Program-made: the position numbers and the translations under genes | The notes under the pieces: model-generated | Seen by the model: only the letters and a program-made list of their open reading frames with translations | Databases searched by the model: none | What the model was told of the DNA's origin: nothing | Virus record (IMG/VR): IMGVR_UViG_2865217878_000004 | Origin: an uncultured virus (IMG/VR IMGVR_UViG_2865217878_000004) | Lineage: Duplodnaviria; Heunggongvirae; Uroviricota; Caudoviricetes | Length of the DNA stretch: 64,000 nucleotides | Reading direction: 5' to 3' (one strand) | Part shown: piece by piece, positions 56,417 through 64,000 of the stretch | How the letters are laid out: each line of letters starts with the position of its first letter | How positions within the stretch are numbered: position 1 is the stretch's first letter

Positions 56417-58078
56417 TCAGGCCGTGGTGGCGTTGTCGATGTCGAGCTGTATGGTCATGCCGCTGGGATCGGAGGTGTCCGCTCCTGCGGTGGCCTGCGG
56501 CTCGGTGGGCTGCCCGGCGCCGGTGTTGTCGATGTCGAGCTGGACCGTCATGCCGCTGGGGTCGGACGGGTCGGCGGCGGCGGTCACCTGCGGGCCCGGC
56601 TCGTCTTGGCCGAGAGGCACGGTGACCGGCAGCTCGACGGCCGCGGTGGGCTCGGCGACCGAGGCGACACGGATGGTGTAGTCGCCCTGGGCGGTGTAGG
56701 CGTGCTCGGCGGTGCCGGACTCGGGCACCTGCTGCACCGGGGTGCCGTCGCCCCAGTCGATCGCCACCAGGCCGTTGCCGGTGTTGTCGTAAGTGACAAC
56801 GGCGGTCATGCCGGTCGGGTCGTCCGGGTCGGCTTCGACCTCGGCGGCGGGCGCCTGGGCGACGGGTACGCGGATGGCCTCGCGGGTGCGGTAGGTGGGC
56901 AGGTCTCCGCGCCGGGCGGCCACGTAGTAGATGTTCGGGAACTGGTAGGTGTGCAGGACAGAGACGGTGCCTGCCGCGCTGACCGTGACCTCCTCGGCGG
57001 CGGTGCCGTCGCCCCAGTCGACGGTGGCGGTGCGGTTGGCGTGCGAGGGCAGGCCGATGGTCGCGGTGATCTCGAAGGGGTTGTCGGGGTTGTCGCCGCT
57101 GAGGGTGAGGGTGGGTTCGTCGGCCGGCAGCGGGATCGTCACGGACCGAGTGGCGGTGACTACCGGGGTCTGGGCGTCCGCGACGGTGATCGGGTACTCG
57201 CCGTCCCCTTCGTAGGTGTGGGTGACCCAGGTGCCGTCGGCAACCTGCTGCGGCTCGGAACCGTCCGCCCAGGTCACCAGCACGGGGCCGAGGCCATGGT
57301 TGTCCGCCCGCAGTCGGACGGTGCGGCGCGGCGTCTCGTTGACGACGCCGGTGACGTACAGGTCGGCCGGGTCGGGCACGGGACGGTCCACCGGCAGGCA
57401 CTCGGTCTCCGGCTCCGGCGGACGCAGCGTGGTGACGGGGATGAGACGGCGGTGCTTGGTGGGCGGCATCGGCTGAGGCAGCGGACCGGGAACTCCGTTG
57501 GCGTCCGCCCAGACCTGGTAGGGACCGCGTCGCCAGCCGTTCGGGGCGCGGGTCGTCCCAGTGAACGTGGTGGTCAGCGCAGCGTTCGCCACTTCGAGAT
57601 CGCCTTCGGAGGCGCCGACCACGCGGGGGTAGAGCAGGTAGCCCCAGCGTCCTTGTGCGACGCTGCCGGTGCACACATCGTCTTCGGAGCTGACCGCCAT
57701 CCACAGCTCCAGTGCGAATCCGACCTCATTGGTCGACAGGCCCGAGCTGTCGCCGGTGTCGTAGCCGATGATCTCCTCGCCGTCGTGGACCAGCTCGACG
57801 CTCGGGTCGATGATCTGGGCGAGCACCGGGTTGACCGCACACAGCACGATCTCCAGCTCGTAGTGGGAGAATGTGTTGGTGGCGGGGATGTTCAGGCAGG
57901 TCCCGCCGTCAGCGGCGGGCTGGGATATCTCTTCACCCTCAGTGAACTGCGCGCTCTGCGAGACGCTGACGAAACCGCGGGTGACGATCTGGCCGCACTC
58001 GCCGTAGACGGGGCGGCCACACACATCAAGCCTGGTAAAACGGGCGACGAGGCCACGGTAGAGACGTGCCTCAGGCAT
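56417..58078 (-). CDS. Major tail protein with C-terminal PKD domains
   Basis: R.TRLD.CG, GFALELW, W.RGPY.V tube domain followed by three W(A/G)DG repeats. Confidence 0.85.
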   Translation of the reverse strand: MPEARLYRGLVARFTRLDVCGRPVYGECGQIVTRGFVSVSQSAQFTEGEEISQPAADGGTCLNIPATNTFSHYELEIVLCAVNPVLAQIIDPSVELVHDGEEIIGYDTGDSSGLSTNEVGFALELWMAVSSEDDVCTGSVAQGRWGYLLYPRVVGASEGDLEVANAALTTTFTGTTRAPNGWRRGPYQVWADANGVPGPLPQPMPPTKHRRLIPVTTLRPPEPETECLPVDRPVPDPADLYVTGVVNETPRRTVRLRADNHGLGPVLVTWADGSEPQQVADGTWVTHTYEGDGEYPITVADAQTPVVTATRSVTIPLPADEPTLTLSGDNPDNPFEITATIGLPSHANRTATVDWGDGTAAEEVTVSAAGTVSVLHTYQFPNIYYVAARRGDLPTYRTREAIRVPVAQAPAAEVEADPDDPTGMTAVVTYDNTGNGLVAIDWGDGTPVQQVPESGTAEHAYTAQGDYTIRVASVAEPTAAVELPVTVPLGQDEPGPQVTAAADPSDPSGMTVQLDIDNTGAGQPTEPQATAGADTSDPSGMTIQLDIDNATTA

Positions 58079-58261
58079 GACGTACTCCTTCATTGAGGGC
58101 CGTGGTGAGCGGCAGCGGGCGGAGGTCGTTCTCCGGGGTGGTGCGGCCGCGAGTCGTCAACCTCCGGCCCAAGAGGGGAGCTGTCCGAGGGCCCGGGAGG
58201 GGTGGGTGGGTTGCGGATCTACCGGCTGTTCGAGGAGCCGGCAGGCTCTTGAGGGCCGCCA

Positions 58262-59086
58262 TCACCACTCACTGCTTCCGGAGGGAAGCTGGAGAAGGAC
58301 GGCTGCGGCGTAGCAGTCGGCGTCCAACGCGTAGGTGCGCTCCGCGATTGCGATACGGGTGTTGGTTTCCGGGGTGACGGCCTGGTGGGCGAAGGGGGCG
58401 CTGCGGCGTGCGGTGACGGTGCCGGTGGCGATCAGCCAGCACCGTCCCGAGACGGGGTCCGGCTCGGCGGGTTCTGAGGGGTCGTCGAAGTAGCCGCCCC
58501 CGAACGCGATGCGGCTGCCGAGCTCGGTTCGCATCATCGGTCCGTTCGGCGTCACCTGCCGCGCCGCCGCGAAGTGCGGCTGCGTCCAGCGAGGAGCGTG
58601 AACGGTAGGCCGCCCGGCATAGTGCAGGGCCGCGTCAGCCTCCAACGCCCCGAGTGCGGTCAGAAGCGGAACCGGCTCGGTGCCCAGGGGAAGCCGCGGG
58701 TCAACATCGGCGATCTGAAGCGAGAAGACGCGCTCCACCTCGCGCGGTTCGATCAGATGCAGGCGGCGCAACGCGGTGCCCTCGGGGTCAGCGAAACCGA
58801 CCGTCGAGCACTCCAGCCGCGTGTAGACCGTGAACGGTCCGCCGCCGTTGACCCAGGTCACCCCCTCGGCCTCAGGCTTGTCGTGGCTGGTGCCTCCGGG
58901 CGCGGGCTGCGGGCGGGAACCGATCACGTGCCCGCCTTGCGCACAGGCATCGGTGGCGTAGGTGACGCCGTCGAGCTGCCAGCGGCCGTCCTCGGTGATG
59001 ACCCGAGCCACGCTGAGCAGGCCGTAGGTGTAGGTCTCAAGGGGCGGCGGGTCGACTTCCACACTTCCCGGGACCGGGATCGTCAT
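58262..59086 (-). CDS. Second capsid protein (pentamer-type)
   Basis: YGLLS, RW..G, PFTVY...C, AERTY; directly follows the major capsid gene. Confidence 0.65.
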   Translation of the reverse strand: MTIPVPGSVEVDPPPLETYTYGLLSVARVITEDGRWQLDGVTYATDACAQGGHVIGSRPQPAPGGTSHDKPEAEGVTWVNGGGPFTVYTRLECSTVGFADPEGTALRRLHLIEPREVERVFSLQIADVDPRLPLGTEPVPLLTALGALEADAALHYAGRPTVHAPRWTQPHFAAARQVTPNGPMMRTELGSRIAFGGGYFDDPSEPAEPDPVSGRCWLIATGTVTARRSAPFAHQAVTPETNTRIAIAERTYALDADCYAAAVLLQLPSGSSEW

Positions 59087-59198
59087 TGCGTCTCCAGATG
59101 GGTCCAGCGAGGCGGCCCGGAGCTGGGTGACGGAGCCGAGCAGCACAAGGGAAGAAAGGTGCGCTCGCGCAGCTCCGAGCCGCTGGATTGAGAAGAAG

Positions 59199-61082
59199 TC
59201 AGGCCGCCAGGGCGGGGACAGGAGCGGGGGCGGCGTAGGTGACCGACTGGAAGGCGCCGGACAGGCCGTTGGCGAACAGCGGGATCGTCAGGGCGTAGGA
59301 GGTGCCGCCTCGAATGCAGACCTGGACGCCTTCTTCCGTGAAAAGGCTGGTGAAAACGTTGTGCGTGAGACCGTCGTGGTCGTACACCCCGTCCAGCGAG
59401 ATCACATCTGCCTGCAGGCGGAAGAACGTGCCGGCCGGGTACAACAGCACGCGCACTTCGGTCGGCCACGCGGTGTGCACCAGACGGCCACCGAATCCCG
59501 CCTCATCGCCGTCGGCGTAAGCGTCCTGCCAGTCGTACACCCACTGCGGCGCCACCCCGGCGTTGCGGAGGTAGGCGTCGAGCTGCTGATCAGAGATGGA
59601 CCAGCGGTTGTCGATGCCGGCCTTCTTCCTCAAGTCGCTCTTCAAGATCCCTTTCAACCACAGCGGTGCGATGAGTTCCAGCGTCGCGTTCGGCGCCAGC
59701 CGCTCGCGGTAGCGCTGCTGCATGACCTGGTGCTCCAGAATCGACAGCACCGACTCCACCGCGCCCGGTCCGTGCAGATCCACGACTGCCGCCTGAGGGT
59801 CCGGGGTACCCACTGCAGGGAGGGCGACCGGCCTGGACAATGCCTCCATCCGCGCGAGCTGCCAGGCGTTCATCTTGTGGCTGTGCACCGCGAGCGCGCC
59901 TTCGGTGAAGCGCGCGATGCGCTCCGGCCACCCGCGCTGGGTCAGGATCGGCGTACGCAGGCACACCCCGTCCGCATCCAGGCGGCACTCGACAAAGTCG
60001 TCATCGCACGGGACTTCCAAGCACGCTTTGCTCTCTCCCGCGACAGCCTGGGCCTCGGTCTGATGGAAGCCGACACTGCCCCAAATTTCGGCCCAGTCGA
60101 ACTCGGCCGGGTATCTCAGCCCACCACGGGTTGCGGTCAGCGTCGGCAGATCCACCATGCCCTGATCGGTGATACGCAGCTCGGTCAGGTCGTAGAGGGT
60201 GAGGCTGGGCGCACACCAGCCGCCGGCCGCGACCAGTGAGCCGCCCTCCAGCCGCGACTCGTCCGTGACGAAGTCGATCTTCGAAAGGCCCTCGTCATGG
60301 TTGGTCGGGTCCAGGACAGTGACCTCGTCCGGGGAGGCGCGGATCAGGCGCGCGACTGGGATCTGCTGCCGGTCCCGGCTGCGTGAGTTGATCAGCGGCC
60401 TCAGCCGTTCCTCCCACACCGAGCCAAAGGCCCCCAGGGTCTCCAGGCGTTGCCCGGCGGTTACCTGCCGACCGCCGCCGCCAGTTACATCGGCCGAGGC
60501 GATCAGGGTGTAGGAGTCCTGCCAGGACTCGGCGTCGTCCGGCTGCTGGGGCGGCGGCGTGGAACGCAGCCCCAGCGGGACACGAGGCGGTGCCGAAATC
60601 GGCACTCGGCCGGAAGAGACGGAGAGTTCCGCACCCGCTGCGGCAGGCTGCGGGTCGGAGGGACCTGCCGGAGCGGAGGTACCGGTCGCGTCAGCCTCAG
60701 CGGAAGGGGCCTCCGGTTGAGCTACCGGCTCCGGACCGGTCGGTTCCAGCTCCGGATCGGCAGCAGGCTCCGAGGGAGGCGGGGGCGCGAGGGCCTGGAT
60801 GCGGGCCTGGGCGTCCGCTATCCGCTGTACGCGCTCCTCGACAGCAGCGGTGTACTCGTGAACGCCGTCAGCGACGCGGGCCAGTGTCTCCAGGGAGTCC
60901 ACCGCAGCGTCGTTGACCAGGCTGTCCTCGACGGTGGCCTCGTTGAAGCGGGCGTGGATGTCCGCCGTCAGAGCGACGAGATCGAGATCGGCTGCCTCGG
61001 CCAAAGCGGAGCGGATGATGTCGGCGTGCTGCTCGACCGGTTCATCAGCGAGCCTGGCCAGCAGGTTGTCGAGGAAGCTCAC
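59199..61082 (-). CDS. Major capsid (hexamer) protein with N-terminal scaffold-like region
   Basis: LVAAGGWCAPS..YD, RGG, K.C.EVPC, WPE, LFTEEG. Confidence 0.88.
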   Translation of the reverse strand: MSFLDNLLARLADEPVEQHADIIRSALAEAADLDLVALTADIHARFNEATVEDSLVNDAAVDSLETLARVADGVHEYTAAVEERVQRIADAQARIQALAPPPPSEPAADPELEPTGPEPVAQPEAPSAEADATGTSAPAGPSDPQPAAAGAELSVSSGRVPISAPPRVPLGLRSTPPPQQPDDAESWQDSYTLIASADVTGGGGRQVTAGQRLETLGAFGSVWEERLRPLINSRSRDRQQIPVARLIRASPDEVTVLDPTNHDEGLSKIDFVTDESRLEGGSLVAAGGWCAPSLTLYDLTELRITDQGMVDLPTLTATRGGLRYPAEFDWAEIWGSVGFHQTEAQAVAGESKACLEVPCDDDFVECRLDADGVCLRTPILTQRGWPERIARFTEGALAVHSHKMNAWQLARMEALSRPVALPAVGTPDPQAAVVDLHGPGAVESVLSILEHQVMQQRYRERLAPNATLELIAPLWLKGILKSDLRKKAGIDNRWSISDQQLDAYLRNAGVAPQWVYDWQDAYADGDEAGFGGRLVHTAWPTEVRVLLYPAGTFFRLQADVISLDGVYDHDGLTHNVFTSLFTEEGVQVCIRGGTSYALTIPLFANGLSGAFQSVTYAAPAPVPALAA

Positions 61083-61117
61083 GCGAGCCCCTTTCGCAGG
61101 GGTGTCGTCGAGCTCTC

Positions 61118-61172
61118 GGCCCACCAGCCAGCAGAGCAGAGGTCGTGGCTGGGAAGGGTAGGCGCGTGTACG
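61118..61172 (-). promoter_or_regulatory. Phage-specific promoter motif plus downstream element before the capsid gene
   Basis: CGTACACGCGCCTACCCT...GCTGGCTGGTGGGCC. Confidence 0.8.
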
Positions 61173-61230
61173 CGCCCGTCACGCCTCGGCGGGTTGGGCC
61201 CGTCGCCTCTCGAAGGGGTCAGGCGACAGT

Positions 61231-61449
61231 TCAGGTCCCCGCTGGCGGCACGACCAGTTCCAGAACCTCATTGGTCCTCGTGTTGATCTTCTCGACCTTG
61301 CCGCCGTTCCGGTGTTGGGCGAGCAGCGCGAGGTTCTGGTCGTAGTAGGGAACGCGCCCACCGTGCTGATCGGTGTGGAGCCAGGCGACGGGCACACCAC
61401 TGGCCAGCAACGGCCTGGCCGCTTGACGTCCTCCGCAACCGCACGCCAT
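61231..61449 (-). CDS. Small MACGC-type head-region protein
   Basis: GAGGAGG RBS; has its own promoter motif. Confidence 0.7.
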   Translation of the reverse strand: MACGCGGRQAARPLLASGVPVAWLHTDQHGGRVPYYDQNLALLAQHRNGGKVEKINTRTNEVLELVVPPAGT

Positions 61450-61477
61450 GACCTGCCTCCTCGTTTCCGGGGCTGGC

Positions 61478-61495
61478 AGGGTAGGCGCGTGTACG
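61478..61495 (-). promoter_or_regulatory. Phage-specific promoter motif (no downstream element)
   Basis: CGTACACGCGCCTACCCT exact copy. Confidence 0.8.
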
Positions 61496-61599
61496 TGTTC
61501 GTCGGGACAACCAGGACGTGATGGCGCGCTCGGCGGGGGCTCAGCCCGGCAGGTCGACTCCGTGGGCGTAGCGGTGGGCGCCGGCCGGGCCGGGGCCTG

Positions 61600-62361
61600 C
61601 TACGGCTTCCGCTCGCGTTCCTCGTCGAACAGGCCGTCGCACAGCTCGGTTAGCTCCCACGCCTGCTTCACGAGCGTGTCGACGATCTTCTCCAGCTTCT
61701 TCTCCCGCTTCGCGCCGGCAGGAGTGCTGTCCGGGTCGGTGACGATTCCGCCGATGAAGTGGGCGAGGTGGTTCAGCACGGAAGCGGTGAGGCGCAGCTG
61801 ACTGATCGCGTCGAGGTCCGGCTCGGCCACCGGGCCGTGCTGGGTTGGGTAGCCGTTGGCGAGGCGTTGGGTCACCCGGGTCTGGGTCAGCCGCAGTCCA
61901 GCGGCCACGAGCCTGGCCAGTTGGACGCTCTGCGGCGGCACCACAGGGGTATCGGCGTCAGCCGGGCCAGGCGGAGCGTCCCCGGGGAAGCCCACGACGC
62001 TCGCCCCGAGCAGTTCCAGGATCTCCTCGGTGCACCGCTTCGGCCGGGCGATGCCCTTCTCGTCCAGGGGCAGCACGTCGAAGGTGTCGTGATCGGGCGC
62101 CGGCCCCCCGTACGGCGGGTAGTGCCGAACCACCGTCACCGGCGGGCCGAACTCCCGCACACAGGCCCGCACCAGGGCCTCCGCCGCGTTGATCAGCCCG
62201 GCGCCCAGCTCCAGGTCGGTGGCAATCACCAGATGACCGCCGTCGTTCGTCGGCCACACCCGCAGCCGCACGTGAGTGCGGTGGCCGTTGATGTCCGGGA
62301 AGTGCCAGGCATGGTCATCACGGATCGGCGACAGCCGCGTCGGGGTGGGCAGTTCGGGCAC
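61600..62361 (-). CDS. Hypothetical protein (moron-like)
   Basis: GAGAGG RBS; 253 aa. Confidence 0.7.
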   Translation of the reverse strand: MPELPTPTRLSPIRDDHAWHFPDINGHRTHVRLRVWPTNDGGHLVIATDLELGAGLINAAEALVRACVREFGPPVTVVRHYPPYGGPAPDHDTFDVLPLDEKGIARPKRCTEEILELLGASVVGFPGDAPPGPADADTPVVPPQSVQLARLVAAGLRLTQTRVTQRLANGYPTQHGPVAEPDLDAISQLRLTASVLNHLAHFIGGIVTDPDSTPAGAKREKKLEKIVDTLVKQAWELTELCDGLFDEERERKP

Positions 62362-62592
62362 AGGCGGTCCTCTCGTCGTGCAGCAGACAGACGACGATTA
62401 CGCTAGCCAGCAGCCCGGCGCACACGCCCGAACCCGGAACTTTGGCCGGAACTCCCGTCCCGCCCGACGGAGACGTGACCGCTCCGGCTGTACGGGGAGA
62501 CCACCGGGGCGGAATGCCATTATCGCAGTTCAGGCCCTACTTTGTTGATTTTCCGGCGACTAGCCAGGGCGAAGTAGCACCTGCACACCCTG

Positions 62593-63153
62593 TCAACGGC
62601 GGGTGACGTTGAACCCGCTGTCATGGAGAGCAGCGGTCCACTTGTCGCGGTCGAACCACTTCATGATGTCGGGCACCTGCGCGGTGATGCCCTTCATACG
62701 CGCGTCCCAGTCGTGGCCGGCCGATCCGCGGCTGCCGTCGCACCCGGGGCAGCCATCCTCACCGTGGATGTGACCAGCCAGCCACGCATTCACGATCGCG
62801 TTCAGAACCACCGCGTACAGGTCGCCGCCGGTCTCGGCCAGGGCATCGGGAACGCTCCCCAGGATCAGCGCCAACTCGGGGTTGTCGATCGGCGGCATGG
62901 GCGCCTGCCCCACCCCGTGGGCCGCGCTGCCGCTCTTGAAGTCCCGGTGCTGCTGGGCGATCGTCTCGGCGAGCCCGGCGGCGTCGAAGTACCGCCAGGC
63001 GGAACGCACCTGGATGCCCATTTGTTCAGCCACCGCGTTGACGTTCTTTTCGATGACGTCCGCGACCGTCCCAGACCGCACAGTGACTCCTCGCCGGGCC
63101 AGCTCGGCAAGCGTCTGCGCTACCGCTTCCTTAAACGCCTTGGTGTTCCTCAC
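62593..63153 (-). CDS. Hypothetical protein (moron-like)
   Basis: 186 aa; HIHGEDGCPGC motif. Confidence 0.7.
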   Translation of the reverse strand: MRNTKAFKEAVAQTLAELARRGVTVRSGTVADVIEKNVNAVAEQMGIQVRSAWRYFDAAGLAETIAQQHRDFKSGSAAHGVGQAPMPPIDNPELALILGSVPDALAETGGDLYAVVLNAIVNAWLAGHIHGEDGCPGCDGSRGSAGHDWDARMKGITAQVPDIMKWFDRDKWTAALHDSGFNVTRR

Positions 63154-63249
63154 CCACAGCAGAGTAGGCCCTCACAGGTGGCTCCCGAGCCGGAGAGCCG
63201 GCTGGCCTCGACCATGATCAATCTCACCGCTCCCATGCCGACGCCACCG

Positions 63250-63999
63250 TCAGGCGCGGGACTCGGTCATCTCCTCACGCATGAAACCGTCGGCAATGTC
63301 CCGGATGTACGCGGAGAGCCCGCCGACGTCATCCACCCAGTTCAATGACGGAACCGCAGCCCCGAATCCGGGCGCTGGATCATCCTCCTTGGAGTCGGCT
63401 GCGACAGTGGTGGGCGTGAGTCTCCGTGGCGGGCGCACGCGGCGGGACGCGGTCTGAACGCGTAGGGCCTGGATCGATCGATGCGCGTCTTGAACCCGGC
63501 GGCGGAACTCCGCTCGGCGGGCGTGTTCCGCCTCGACCGCATCGACAAGTCGGCTGAACGCCTTCGGGGAGAGGCCCTCCGGCTCGTCGAGGGAGCGGGG
63601 TCGGATACCGGCGGCGATCAGCGCCCAGGGGCGACCGGCTGTGTCGCGCTGTTCGAGCGGGGCCAACAGCGGCTGGTAGTCCACGGTGGCGGAGGCGGCC
63701 AGGGCCTGCCGTTCTTCCTCCGGCAGATCGACCGAAATCTCCAGGAACCCTGGTGTGTTGACTGCGTGCGCGCCGACCATTTCCAGTTGCCCGTTGATCA
63801 CGCGCCAGTCGCCGGACCAGTCGGTGATCCCGAGTGCGTTGGTCTGGGGCACCCGCAGGTGCGGCAGAATCGCCCCGGCGACCCAGATACCGTGGGCGTC
63901 CTCGCCACAGGCGACGACCGCTCCCTGGGCGCAGGTGTTGTCGTAGTGGTCGATAGCTGCGGCAGCCGACAGACGCTGGTGGGCGTGCCGGCTGGCGAA
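63250..63999 (-). CDS. Capsid maturation protease-like protein (5' end outside window)
   Basis: Open to the window edge: HYDNT...GED.HGIWVAG...SGDWR...AVNTPGF. Confidence 0.75.
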   Translation of the reverse strand, partial: FASRHAHQRLSAAAAIDHYDNTCAQGAVVACGEDAHGIWVAGAILPHLRVPQTNALGITDWSGDWRVINGQLEMVGAHAVNTPGFLEISVDLPEEERQALAASATVDYQPLLAPLEQRDTAGRPWALIAAGIRPRSLDEPEGLSPKAFSRLVDAVEAEHARRAEFRRRVQDAHRSIQALRVQTASRRVRPPRRLTPTTVAADSKEDDPAPGFGAAVPSLNWVDDVGGLSAYIRDIADGFMREEMTESRA

Positions 64000-64000
64000 G

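Larger units (their letters stand above)
1..64000. mobile_element. Temperate siphovirus prophage (partial; extends beyond both window edges)
   Basis: Integrase-xis-repressor/cro, early replication genes, amidase, tail, tape measure and capsid genes in modular order. Terminase and portal are not in the window. Confidence 0.95.

Noticed and set aside
54995..58096. 1033-aa + strand ORF and many other long overlapping ORFs
   Set aside because: Antisense shadows of high-GC coding genes; no motifs or RBS.
1..64000. tRNA, rRNA, CRISPR array, reverse transcriptase/DGR, att core, terminase/portal
   Set aside because: None recognised by eye. The att site and packaging genes probably lie outside the window.

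Overview
High-GC actinobacterial (Streptomyces-like) DNA. The window is almost entirely a temperate siphovirus prophage whose ends lie outside it. Left to right: integrase/excisionase, a frameshifted IS110 recombinase with a structured twin-loop leader, and a divergent XRE repressor/Cro switch (1-6.7 kb). Next is a long + strand early/replication arm with an AAA ATPase, HU, an HTH replication protein, WhiB, a PP2C phosphatase, a methyltransferase-like gene and an arginase-fold gene (6.7-22.5 kb). A partly decayed accessory cassette follows (MazG, fused GNAT/EEP remnants, Ser/Thr kinase, small peptide, DUF6875-like, GRDP-like, NUDIX, HATPase/XRE/DUF397, GntR, HD remnant; 22.7-30.3 kb). The rest is a - strand late arm (antirepressor, amidase, GDPD-fold tail protein, tail, tape measure, PKD-decorated tail tube, two HK97-type capsid proteins, protease; 30.3-64 kb). 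The late arm is interrupted at 43.3-51.8 kb by an IS256-derived gene and by a HAD gene split by a Tn554-like element. Most notable: (i) a PKD/Ig domain split between the major tail protein C-terminus (two orphan half-domains) and the next gene, (ii) a six-copy phage-specific promoter motif with a conserved downstream element, (iii) a four-copy promoter/palindromic operator, (iv) a bridge-RNA-like twin-loop leader on IS110, and (v) two paralogous lactonase-fold genes in the late region. Family names come from motif recognition only; no searches were run.
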